From a virus, in the IMG/VR virus record IMGVR_UViG_3300046804_004848, positions 73,960 through 137,959 of that record: DNA of 64,000 nt; one strand, 5' to 3'. Of this stretch, positions 10,558-19,060 are shown piece after piece; the first letter of the stretch is position 1; every line of letters begins with the position of its first letter. The notes under the pieces are model-generated. The model was not told the origin of the DNA, searched no databases, and saw only the letters and a list, made by a program, of their open reading frames with translations. Both the position numbers and the translations under genes were made by a program.

Positions 10558-10770
10558 TTACCACTCATCAGTTGTTGTAATTGGGATACGAATTGTTGCC
10601 ATTCTACCTTTAAATTGTTGATGAAATTCTAAGTCTACTTCATACCCAATACCACTACCACCTGTTTTGATGATAGTAAAATGGTTGACTTCAAACTCTT
10701 TTAGAGTATCCATCAACTTTTGTAAGTCAGTATAATTAAGTGTTATTTTTTCTATCATTTCTTCGTTCAT
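10558..10770 (-). CDS. Hypothetical protein
   Basis: ORF with GGSGIG motif. Confidence 0.65.
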   Translation of the reverse strand: MNEEMIEKITLNYTDLQKLMDTLKEFEVNHFTIIKTGGSGIGYEVDLEFHQQFKGRMATIRIPITTTDEW

Positions 10771-10976
10771 AAATTGTACAATTGTTTAAGTTTGTTAGAT
10801 ATGGTTTTTTCAGGATCTTTGTATCCTTCAGTCCACCAAGCATTTAGCATGCAATCATTTGCCACTGCCAATCCAATTTTTTCAATTGTATTTTCTAGTG
10901 GTAGATCTGATCCTACGATATAATCATGAGGTAAAATATTATGTTCAGTGGCTATTTTAAGTAAACGTCTATTCAT
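10767..10976 (-). CDS. Hypothetical protein, distant MNERI-like family
   Basis: Likely start MNRRLLKIA after GGAG. Confidence 0.55.
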   Translation of the reverse strand: MNRRLLKIATEHNILPHDYIVGSDLPLENTIEKIGLAVANDCMLNAWWTEGYKDPEKTISNKLKQLYNL

Positions 10977-11190
10977 CTCCACCCCAATCTTTAAAATCTG
11001 TGCACTCCTCAAAACCAAGTTTGTATGCATCATACTCAGGTGTACCTTGTAGGGCAACTACACGTTGAGTGCTATATGTTGCACCAACGAAGTAATGTGG
11101 GTCAAATACACGACCATAGTATGCATCTGCGTTACCACGATCATAAGCACCACCATGGCGAGTATATTGTACAGTTAATTCAGTATACAT
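10969..11190 (-). CDS. Hypothetical phage protein
   Basis: RHGGAYDRGNADAYYGR motif. Confidence 0.7.
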   Translation of the reverse strand: MYTELTVQYTRHGGAYDRGNADAYYGRVFDPHYFVGATYSTQRVVALQGTPEYDAYKLGFEECTDFKDWGGDE

Positions 11191-11192
11191 AA

Positions 11193-11435
11193 TTATACAA
11201 CCTCCTTTTTCAACTTACGGATAATTTCTTCCTCTTGATTTAAAGTGGCAAGAACCATATTTTCAATCAAAACATTTTGCTGACGCTTGAGAAGCAATGG
11301 CATTATACCAACGATCACACTTTCCAAGTAACCTGCTTCATAACTATGACTACCGTAGTTTTTATGACTAGCTTCACCAAAAGCTTTAAGAACAAGCTTC
11401 ATAGTTTCTTGGTTTTTTAAGGTACATGTTCCCAT
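11193..11435 (-). CDS. Hypothetical protein
   Basis: SD AAGGAG before MGTCT. Confidence 0.6.
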   Translation of the reverse strand: MGTCTLKNQETMKLVLKAFGEASHKNYGSHSYEAGYLESVIVGIMPLLLKRQQNVLIENMVLATLNQEEEIIRKLKKEVV

Positions 11436-11467
11436 TTTCTGCTCCTTGTTTGCTAATTTATGTAAGT

Positions 11468-11496
11468 ATAATAACACCAAAGAAAAACATTGTCAA
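11468..11496 (-). promoter_or_regulatory. Sigma70-type early promoter
   Basis: TTGACA-17-TATTAT. Confidence 0.7.
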
Positions 11497-11549
11497 CAGA
11501 AATAAAATTTAAAGAATGCTTTTATTTGCTTGGGTAGATAAATATATTA

Positions 11550-12017
11550 ATGATATATTATACATACGCATATTTAAGAATAGATGGCTCTCCATATTAC
11601 ATCGGAAAAGGTAAAGGAAAGCGAGCATATCAAAAGCACAAAACATTTAATCCTCCTAAAGATAAATCAAAAATAGTTTTTTTAGAAACTAATTTGACTG
11701 AACTTGGTGCCCTAGCTTTGGAGCGCAGGTATATTCGTTGGTATGGTCGTAAAGATATTGGAACAGGAATTCTCCATAATAAAACCGATGGTGGCGATGG
11801 GGCATCTTTTTTCGGGAAAGAAAATAATCAATTCGGTAAAAAAGGAGAATTAAGTCATTGGTTTGGGAAGAAACGTCCATGGACAGATGAACAAAGAAAG
11901 AAGCAATCAGAAGTTCAAAAGCATACTAAAAAATATATTAGGACTCCTGAACATAATGCTATGATGTCACAGCGAGTTAAAGAGGCATTGTCACGTAAAA
12001 AACTTATTCCTCACTAG
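11550..12017 (+). CDS. Free-standing GIY-YIG-like homing endonuclease with NUMOD3-like tail
   Basis: [50 protein letters not shown]; opposite strand to its neighbours. Confidence 0.8.
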   Translation: MIYYTYAYLRIDGSPYYIGKGKGKRAYQKHKTFNPPKDKSKIVFLETNLTELGALALERRYIRWYGRKDIGTGILHNKTDGGDGASFFGKENNQFGKKGELSHWFGKKRPWTDEQRKKQSEVQKHTKKYIRTPEHNAMMSQRVKEALSRKKLIPH

Positions 12018-12033
12018 TTATCTAACAGAAACA

Positions 12034-12062
12034 AGTATAGCAAAATTAGGATAAGTTGTCAA
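12034..12062 (-). promoter_or_regulatory. Sigma70-type promoter firing antisense into the endonuclease gene
   Basis: TTGACA-17-TATACT. Confidence 0.7.
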
Positions 12063-12238
12063 GCAGTTTTTGGTTCTTTAACTTCAAAGACAAATGAGTT
12101 GTTTATTTGCTCACTGTTGTCATCAGGGCATTTAAATTTAACTGAAGTACCACTATATTTAATTTCTTTGGTTTCAAGAATTTTGATGAAGTTTATATCA
12201 TGGCGACCATCACAAGCATAGCATTTAACAAATTTCAT
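12059..12238 (-). CDS. Small Cys-containing protein
   Basis: Start MKFVKCYAC after SD AAGGA. Confidence 0.6.
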   Translation of the reverse strand: MKFVKCYACDGRHDINFIKILETKEIKYSGTSVKFKCPDDNSEQINNSFVFEVKEPKTA

Positions 12239-12269
12239 CTCAAGTTCCTTATCAATCACTACAGAACAT

Positions 12270-12298
12270 AGTATAACAGGGTTCAAAAGACCTGTCAA
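12270..12298 (-). promoter_or_regulatory. Sigma70-type early promoter
   Basis: TTGACA-17-TATACT; spacer is an imperfect palindrome. Confidence 0.8.
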
Positions 12299-12307
12299 CC
12301 TGTAGGG

Positions 12308-12529
12308 TCATTCAACTCCAAAATGTTTTTTAAGTTTACTTTCTGTAATTGAACCCACTTGACTAATTTCAATGCATTCCTTAACAATCAACTCGGCAAA
12401 CTTTTGATTATAAATTTCCCTACCCTCAGTAAAAGAATAAAGACGATTATGGACTCGTTCCAGATGTGCTAATTCATCCTCAGCAAATCGTTCAGCCTGT
12501 TCAGCCAGTTCCTTAATTCGTTCGTTCAT
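12308..12529 (-). CDS. MNERI-family small protein, copy 1
   Basis: MNERIKELAEQA...KFAELIVKEC...HFGVE. Confidence 0.7.
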   Translation of the reverse strand: MNERIKELAEQAERFAEDELAHLERVHNRLYSFTEGREIYNQKFAELIVKECIEISQVGSITESKLKKHFGVE

Positions 12530-12619
12530 TCTTCTAATCCTAATTCTTTTGCCAGCCCCAAACAAAACCAGTGACAAAACCTATCACATAACAGGCCAGC
12601 AGTGCCAAACCAATCTCGT

Positions 12620-12967
12620 TCATTCTTCAACTCCGAAATGTTCTTTTAGACCTTGAATATTATCATAACACTTTTCAGCACAAATTTCAAAATTTGATTG
12701 AAAAACAGGATCTTCTTCTGATTCAGAAAGACCAAACAATCTTTCTGCTTCATTGTCGAGATATTGGCAACATTCTTTCACAATCAACAGGGCGAACTTT
12801 TCTCTACCTTTTTCACACGCAAACAAAAGACTGATGATTTCTGCTGGAGTGGCTACTCGCCATTCGCCATCTTCTCGTCGAAGAATTTCACGATCATTGT
12901 AATCCCACATGCCATCTATTACAGGTAGTTCAGCCTGTTCAGCAAGTTCTCTAATTCGTTCGTTCAT
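12620..12967 (-). CDS. MNERI-family small protein, copy 2
   Basis: MNERIRELAEQA...KFALLIVKEC...HFGVEE. Confidence 0.75.
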   Translation of the reverse strand: MNERIRELAEQAELPVIDGMWDYNDREILRREDGEWRVATPAEIISLLFACEKGREKFALLIVKECCQYLDNEAERLFGLSESEEDPVFQSNFEICAEKCYDNIQGLKEHFGVEE

Positions 12968-13205
12968 TTTTTTGTTCCAATTTATGCTTCTCAGCAGCTT
13001 GTGTAGCTAAAATATAACGTGCGCTATCACTAATTTCTACCTTAACCGCAGGTTCAACTTTACGTGGTTCAGGCTCACTTTTTCTACCTGATACTCGTTG
13101 TTGTAAATCATGTTGAACACGTTGAGTCATGGTCATACGCCATAACTCCATCATCACGTTACGTGCTCCACTTGAATCTGCTGAACCTACTGATTGAACT
13201 TTCAT
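12951..13205 (-). CDS. Hypothetical protein
   Basis: ORF; VKVEISDSAR motif. Confidence 0.55.
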   Translation of the reverse strand: MKVQSVGSADSSGARNVMMELWRMTMTQRVQHDLQQRVSGRKSEPEPRKVEPAVKVEISDSARYILATQAAEKHKLEQKNERTN

Positions 13206-13212
13206 ATGTACC

Positions 13213-13509
13213 TTACTTAACTAAGGTTGACAATTTCACAGCAGCACTAACTTTGCTGATTTTGGTATATGCTTCAGCAAGCGATTCTACTTTGGCATCA
13301 CCAAGTACATCACGCACCATAGCTTCATACTTAACACTAGCACGTTCGTGTTGGGGAACTACAGTGGCAACCGTAGCAGTACCGAAAAACGTCATGCTAT
13401 CAAAATTAGCAGCAGTAATCAACGCAGTTTCAACCTTCTTTTCTGCTACCTTCAATAGAGCAATTTCAGCACGAATCTTGGCAAGTTTGTTTACTAGGGC
13501 TTTACTCAT
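13213..13509 (-). CDS. Hypothetical protein
   Basis: SD GGAG; own promoter. Confidence 0.7.
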   Translation of the reverse strand: MSKALVNKLAKIRAEIALLKVAEKKVETALITAANFDSMTFFGTATVATVVPQHERASVKYEAMVRDVLGDAKVESLAEAYTKISKVSAAVKLSTLVK

Positions 13510-13545
13510 TTCAATCTCCGTTAAGAATTAATCACCACAAAAACT

Positions 13546-13574
13546 ATTGTACATCAATTAAGATATATTGTCAA
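13546..13574 (-). promoter_or_regulatory. Sigma70-type early promoter
   Basis: TTGACA-17-TACAAT. Confidence 0.75.
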
Positions 13575-13930
13575 TCACTAGAATCAACTTCCATGTGCTT
13601 GTTGCATTTTATACACACATATAAATTGTAGCAACGACCTAGGTTTTGCTTGCGCTCCCACTCATGACCATTGCAAGTTTCAGTAGGCAATGTATAACCA
13701 TACCCGTTACAATGTGAGCAGTTTGAACGGAAGTGTGAATAACGATGACGATTTTCTGCAGTATTGGGCTTATCGTGTAGTGGATAAGCGTTTAGTTTAA
13801 GATTCCACCCCCCATGGCATTCGCATACAGGACATGGTTTGGTATAACCTGTATTAACCATTGGTTCAAGCTTTTCAAAATCTACGAATGCATCAGGGTG
13901 AGTGTGATCCATATATTGAACGAGTGGCAT
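13571..13930 (-). CDS. Cys-rich zinc-finger protein (DnaJ-like CxxCxGxG repeats)
   Basis: CPVCECHGG, CSHCNGYG, CIKC. Confidence 0.75.
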   Translation of the reverse strand: MPLVQYMDHTHPDAFVDFEKLEPMVNTGYTKPCPVCECHGGWNLKLNAYPLHDKPNTAENRHRYSHFRSNCSHCNGYGYTLPTETCNGHEWERKQNLGRCYNLYVCIKCNKHMEVDSSD

Positions 13931-13959
13931 GTCTATCTCCTATATCTGACTATAGAGAA

Positions 13960-13988
13960 ATTATAGTAAAAATTGGATATACTGTCAA
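13960..13988 (-). promoter_or_regulatory. Sigma70-type early promoter
   Basis: Perfect TTGACA-17-TATAAT. Confidence 0.85.
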
Positions 13989-14003
13989 GTTGTATTTTTA
14001 CAA

Positions 14004-14240
14004 CTACTTCATGTATTCTTCAGGATCTTCTTGTTTAAATTTTGTCAAGTAATTAAAGTTTTTACGTTGCTGTACATCATCAGGTAACTGCAACAATTCT
14101 TTTACTTTTAGCCAATCTTCTTCAGTTAATAGTGGACTAATTTCTAGAGCAGTTAGCCATATCAAACGTTCAAGACGTACTTGTTCGTAAGTACTACTAA
14201 ATCCTGCACGTTTAACTAATTCAACTAATTTATCAGACAT
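14004..14240 (-). CDS. Hypothetical protein
   Basis: ORF overlapping the upstream stop. Confidence 0.6.
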   Translation of the reverse strand: MSDKLVELVKRAGFSSTYEQVRLERLIWLTALEISPLLTEEDWLKVKELLQLPDDVQQRKNFNYLTKFKQEDPEEYMK

Positions 14241-14469
14241 TTACAAAATCGTATGTTTTCTCAAAAATTTCACGGTCACAAATATACAGTTCACCGTTTA
14301 TACCACGCATTAAATAATCACCTGCTTTACCTTGTGCATAGTCACCTTCTAAACTATTTACTCTAAATTCTTCATTAACTTGTACCGCATGTACAACAAT
14401 AGGTCGCTTCATACAAGGTTTCATAGTGTCAACAGTTTCGTACGTATCAAACAATTTCATTACCAACAT
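14233..14469 (-). CDS. PGDYG-like protein
   Basis: SLEG...GKAGDYLMRGINGELYIC...FEKTY. Confidence 0.75.
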   Translation of the reverse strand: MLVMKLFDTYETVDTMKPCMKRPIVVHAVQVNEEFRVNSLEGDYAQGKAGDYLMRGINGELYICDREIFEKTYDFVNV

Positions 14470-14765
14470 CCTTTACATTCATAAAAACCACGTGTAAGTG
14501 GCGAATAGGTTAATTCTTCTATCCAAAATCCTATGATAGCTCCAAGTAGTAAACACAATAGCGCACCTAGTATAACCCAAATAAAATTACTCATAGATAT
14601 ATTTAGAAATATTCAAGTAAGAATGCAGAAAAGTTACAAGCAGATACAATAATTCCAAACCATCCTAGCTTGTTATCCATATCATTAAAGTCTTTTGCTG
14701 CGATCATTAAAGTCAATACGCTGATAAACAAATAAATCATGTTTGTTCTCCTTGCATAATACTAT

Positions 14766-14794
14766 AGTGTAACTCAACCCTATTGAGTTGTCAA
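14766..14794 (-). promoter_or_regulatory. Sigma70-type early promoter
   Basis: TTGACA-17-TACACT; palindromic spacer; drives small membrane ORFs in ~14460-14740. Confidence 0.7.
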
Positions 14795-14868
14795 GTTTTT
14801 ATTCTTCGGCATATGGGTACATAAATATTGCCATATACATCTCACTTATATCTACACTAAGGGCACAT

Positions 14869-16542
14869 ATGGAAGAAAAGTTTAAGCAGTTAGAAGTACT
14901 AGTTAGTCATTTTGTAAGACCTCTACCCAAAGAAGCAGTATACGAAAATAGATTAGAAGAAGAACTTAGTTTAATCCTTGATCTTAATTTTGCAAAACAT
15001 TTTTTACGTGTGGTAGAAATACTACGTATTACACATGATATACCACATATGACACGTGGTAGCGCAGGTAGTAGTTTAGTATGTTGGTTACTTGGTATTA
15101 GTGATGTTGACCCTATCAAAGAAAACATTCCACTATCACGTTTTATCAATCCTAAGCGTGATGACTTACCTGATATTGATTTAGATTTTCCACATTGGCA
15201 ACAAGTTACGGTAATGAATCGTATATTTAACAAGTGGAAAGGACAATCAGCTAGAGTAAGTAATTACGTTACCTACAAAGAAAAAAGTGCGCTACGTGAA
15301 GCAGCTAAGCGATTTGGTGCAAAAGGTAGACTACCACGTGATTTAAATTTAGAAAAACTTATACCTGATTATGCTGAAGATGCTAAAAAATTAGCAAATA
15401 AGTTACTTGGTAAGAAACGATGTATTAGTAAACATTGTGGTGGTATATTGATCTTTGATCGTGCTGTACCAAAAAGTTTAATCAATGCTGAAAATCAAAT
15501 ATTACTAGACAAGTATGAGATAGAAGATTTAGAACATTTTAAAATTGATATACTCGCTAATCGTGGGTTATCCCAATTATATGAAATTGACCCTACTAAA
15601 AACTTACTAGACTATCCTGAGTATGATGAAAAAACATCTGAGCTATTGAGCAGTGGTAATGTGCTAGGTGTAACTCAAGCAGAAAGTCCTGCTATGCGTA
15701 GACTGTTACGTGCGGTAAAACCAAAAAAACGTGAAGATTGTGTATTGGCTACAGCATTAATTAGACCTGTTGCCACACAAGGTAGACGTAAAGCAAGTTT
15801 TTTTCAAGATTGGAGCAAAGATAATTTTAATAACACTATTGTTTTTGAAGATGATGCTATCGTACTAATCAGTCAATTGTTAGGATGTGATCAATATACT
15901 GCTGATATGTGGCGTAGAGCATTTGCTAAAAAAGATGAAGAAAAGATCTTTGAGTTTATGAACATGATTGGCGATCATGAACATAAAGATGAAATATTTC
16001 AAGCATTGCGTGAGTTAAGTAATTTTGGGTTATGTCGTGCTCATGCCATTAATTTAGGTAGATTGATATGGGCAATTGCTTATCAAAAAGCACATAATCC
16101 ACAAAAGTTTTGGCAAGCTACGTTAAAACATTGTCAGGGAAGTTATAGCCGTTGGGTATATCATCATGAGGCTAAATTAGCGGATGCTGTAATTAGTGTG
16201 TATGAAGGTAATGAATTATCAGAATTATCAAAAGAAGGTAGATGGCATAGTAAAAAATTTATACCGTATTGTAATGAAATCCGCAAACCAGGCGAGGTTG
16301 AATTCTGTGGCTTGGTTGCCAACTATCGTGTATTCAAGAGTAAACCTAAAGAATACATTACCTTCGTTACATTGGGAACAGGCAATGGAAAATACTTAGA
16401 TGTTATTGTTGACCGAGCCATTAGTCTGCACGACCAACCCATACTATGGGGAATAGGACAATTAGGTTATAAAAACAATACAGAGTATGTTACTGTTAAA
16501 AAACACAAACGTTTAAAGATAAAGGATTTGATGAATGGTTAA
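14869..16542 (+). CDS. dnaE: Minimal family-C DNA polymerase (DnaE-like, no PHP domain)
   Basis: RGSAGSSLV..LGISDVDPI, RFINPKRDDLPDIDLDF, KHCGG, KIDIL, RAHA...AYQKAH; ATG at 14869 after AAGGG. Confidence 0.88.
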   Translation: MEEKFKQLEVLVSHFVRPLPKEAVYENRLEEELSLILDLNFAKHFLRVVEILRITHDIPHMTRGSAGSSLVCWLLGISDVDPIKENIPLSRFINPKRDDLPDIDLDFPHWQQVTVMNRIFNKWKGQSARVSNYVTYKEKSALREAAKRFGAKGRLPRDLNLEKLIPDYAEDAKKLANKLLGKKRCISKHCGGILIFDRAVPKSLINAENQILLDKYEIEDLEHFKIDILANRGLSQLYEIDPTKNLLDYPEYDEKTSELLSSGNVLGVTQAESPAMRRLLRAVKPKKREDCVLATALIRPVATQGRRKASFFQDWSKDNFNNTIVFEDDAIVLISQLLGCDQYTADMWRRAFAKKDEEKIFEFMNMIGDHEHKDEIFQALRELSNFGLCRAHAINLGRLIWAIAYQKAHNPQKFWQATLKHCQGSYSRWVYHHEAKLADAVISVYEGNELSELSKEGRWHSKKFIPYCNEIRKPGEVEFCGLVANYRVFKSKPKEYITFVTLGTGNGKYLDVIVDRAISLHDQPILWGIGQLGYKNNTEYVTVKKHKRLKIKDLMNG

Positions 16543-16855
16543 TACAAAAGGCAGACTACATATGCACAATCATAATGAACCAAACGGACGTGCATTTATT
16601 GTAGGTGAAAAAGCAGCATTACGTACACTAGGTGAAGCACTTATCAAAGCATCACATAGTATGATTGGTTTGGAAAATGTAGAACTTTATACAAGTGATG
16701 GGCACAAATATAAAATACTAATAACCTGTGATGTTACTGAAAACGAATGGCAAACACTACCTGTACCTTATGATAAAACTCATAATCCACAAACATTAGA
16801 TATTGTAAAAACTTATGATGAAATAATGGAAACAAGGTCAAATACCATATCTTGA
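16535..16855 (+). CDS. Hypothetical protein coupled to the DnaE-like gene
   Basis: 8-bp overlap with dnaE, same strand. Confidence 0.7.
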   Translation: MVNTKGRLHMHNHNEPNGRAFIVGEKAALRTLGEALIKASHSMIGLENVELYTSDGHKYKILITCDVTENEWQTLPVPYDKTHNPQTLDIVKTYDEIMETRSNTIS

Positions 16856-17050
16856 CTTTAATTCTTTCTTTACCGCATCAATCGCCTTATCCCATCCTTC
16901 ATCATCACCCATCCATTTAACCTTGCCTAATTCATCGGTTAAATCCTTTACGATAGATTTAGTAAGGGCAATAGCATAAGCATCACCCATATAGGCTAAA
17001 TCAACGTCACGACTAGCTTTGGTCGCAATAGTGCGTAAGTGATTGTTCAT
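16838..17050 (-). CDS. Hypothetical protein
   Basis: ORF. Confidence 0.6.
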   Translation of the reverse strand: MNNHLRTIATKASRDVDLAYMGDAYAIALTKSIVKDLTDELGKVKWMGDDEGWDKAIDAVKKELKSRYGI

Positions 17051-17189
17051 TCTTTAAACCACGGTTTAAGACATTCTTGCAAAAATTGTTTGGGATGAAA
17101 TAATATCCATAATGGTAGATAAAGCAGTCCAAATAACAGTGCAAGAAACAAACCTAATGGTGTAAACTTGTTGTCTTTAATTAATAGTC

Positions 17190-17906
17190 TCATGTTTGAA
17201 AACTTTCTTGAATTAGAACATTCATTGTATTTTTACCCTTACCACCTAAAATCGTTAACCATGTACCTGATCCTGTACCCATCTCAAAGTGATCTTTAAC
17301 TTTAGTCTCAAGTTTAACAAAACCACCTTTCTCAGTTAGAAACTTTGTACCCTTGTACATGTATAGGTTGTCATTAGCATCTTTAATAATAAACTTGTCA
17401 ACAGTACCATAAACAGTTGGCAACACTTCATGCTTGACTACGGTACCCTCTACAATAATTGTATCTCCAACTTCACCCATTTTTACAGATTTTTTAACTT
17501 CTTTGGGTTCTTCTTCAGGTAATCCCACAACATCTGCAGGACGCTCCCACAATAGTTTAGTTTTCTTGGGGTCAGGTTCCCATCCATCACGCAAGTTACC
17601 TTTACCACCTAATTTATAAAAAGCACGTACACCAACACGATCAAGGATTGCGACATGGACAACAGGTACTTGACTACGTACACCATATCCTGCCCATACA
17701 GCAACAGAATCAATTGACAAGATACGCTCACCTGCTTTAACTTCTATCCCATAAGGAGTAGTACGATCTTCTTTTTCAATCAGATCTTTAGGTTTGTCCA
17801 TCCAAAACCAACGTTGTTTTAGTGACGTGTATACACCTTGTGAATACTTAATACGGGAACGCACAAAAATCATGTTTTCTTCAGCTTCACGATTCGCATA
17901 CATCAT
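17190..17906 (-). CDS. Hypothetical protein with OB-fold-like C-terminus
   Basis: GEVGDTIIVEGTVV...TVYG...KVKDH. Confidence 0.65.
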   Translation of the reverse strand: MMYANREAEENMIFVRSRIKYSQGVYTSLKQRWFWMDKPKDLIEKEDRTTPYGIEVKAGERILSIDSVAVWAGYGVRSQVPVVHVAILDRVGVRAFYKLGGKGNLRDGWEPDPKKTKLLWERPADVVGLPEEEPKEVKKSVKMGEVGDTIIVEGTVVKHEVLPTVYGTVDKFIIKDANDNLYMYKGTKFLTEKGGFVKLETKVKDHFEMGTGSGTWLTILGGKGKNTMNVLIQESFQT

Positions 17907-17941
17907 TTTTTGTTTCCTCTTGAAGTATTTACTATACTGTG

Positions 17942-17970
17942 ATTATAGATAAAAACTCTACCACTGTCAA
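17942..17970 (-). promoter_or_regulatory. Sigma70-type early promoter
   Basis: Perfect TTGACA-17-TATAAT. Confidence 0.85.
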
Positions 17971-18260
17971 GCAGTGGCAAAGTCGCTACGTGAAAACTGT
18001 TTTAAGAATGGTAATTCCCACTCTTTACAGAATGTCATATCGTCATCATCAAGAATGTTAAAGTTTACAACACACTCCTCGGCAAACTCATTACTAAAGT
18101 TAAATTTATTGCTGAGGATATTAGGGTTATCTTTGAAAAAGAAAACATCCTTAACAGAAAGGTTGTTTATGAGGTAGGTTTCACCACCCTTAGACTTCCA
18201 ACGTGGAGCATCAGCAGTACCGTAGTTTTCGGAGTATTGAGTGTAAACTGCAATTTTCAT
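17967..18260 (-). CDS. Early phage protein
   Basis: TQYSENYG...WKSKGG motif. Confidence 0.7.
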   Translation of the reverse strand: MKIAVYTQYSENYGTADAPRWKSKGGETYLINNLSVKDVFFFKDNPNILSNKFNFSNEFAEECVVNFNILDDDDMTFCKEWELPFLKQFSRSDFATA

Positions 18261-18295
18261 CGTATTCCCCTTTGGTGTTGACTGACTATATGGGA

Positions 18296-18324
18296 AGTAT
18301 AAGTGAATTAGGATAACTTGTCAA
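18296..18324 (-). promoter_or_regulatory. Sigma70-type early promoter
   Basis: TTGACA-17-TATACT. Confidence 0.8.
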
Positions 18325-18337
18325 GCGTTTTTTTAAA

Positions 18338-18799
18338 TTAAATTGTAATATCTTCCATTCCTGCAACACGCAATCGCACGATATGACCTAGCATAAAGTT
18401 TTTAGACTCAAGTGCTTTCATAATACCTAACCATTGATTACGCATGAGCGCAACTTCATTGACTAGCGTTTCCATGTCAATAACATCTTGTTCAGCATCA
18501 GCATAGCGTTCAGCATCACGTGATGTTAATTGACGTGGATAATTTTCAAGATACTTTTTAAAAGCAAGACTACGTGTTTTACGAAGTTGTCCATTCATAT
18601 AATCTAAAACAGCTTCAATCTCTTGTAGTTGATTGAAACGATGCTCGGTGATACCTGGGAGCATGGCTAACAATCGTTCAACACGTTCGCCTTTAATAAT
18701 TTTTACTTCATATTTTGCTTGATTTAACTCATCTTGATAATGGTCAATGAATTCAGGTAATGATGATAAGTTTTGAGTTACTGTATTGAACCAACCCAT
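18338..18799 (-). CDS. uvsY: Recombination mediator, UvsY-like
   Basis: Helical 153-aa protein next to uvsX; RDAERYADAE...MKALESKNFMLGHIVRLRVAG. Confidence 0.75.
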   Translation of the reverse strand: MGWFNTVTQNLSSLPEFIDHYQDELNQAKYEVKIIKGERVERLLAMLPGITEHRFNQLQEIEAVLDYMNGQLRKTRSLAFKKYLENYPRQLTSRDAERYADAEQDVIDMETLVNEVALMRNQWLGIMKALESKNFMLGHIVRLRVAGMEDITI

Positions 18800-18802
18800 G
18801 AC

Positions 18803-19060
18803 TTACTCATTATCGTTCCAATCATCATAATCTTCGTCATCTGCGAAGTCCTCATCATCGTCATAATCTGCTTCATCATCTTGATATGCTTTTAAGGCAT
18901 TAAGCATGTCTTTTTCACCTGCAAACGCTTCACGTACATCGTCAAAATGAACATCATGGTCAATCAATACATTAAGTACATCTTCAGAAGCATCACGCAT
19001 ATCGGTTGTGCTGATGTATCGTTTAAGTACTTCATAAACTGCTGCAACTGTGTCAAGCAT
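18803..19060 (-). CDS. Small acidic protein
   Basis: Poly-Asp tail. Confidence 0.65.
   Translation of the reverse strand: MLDTVAAVYEVLKRYISTTDMRDASEDVLNVLIDHDVHFDDVREAFAGEKDMLNALKAYQDDEADYDDDEDFADDEDYDDWNDNE

Noticed and set aside
11550-12017. Group I intron around the endonuclease
   Set aside because: It is intergenic, on the opposite strand, and interrupts no gene
14788-14868. N-terminal extension of DnaE in the ORF track
   Set aside because: Overlaps divergent promoters; the SD-preceded ATG is at 14869
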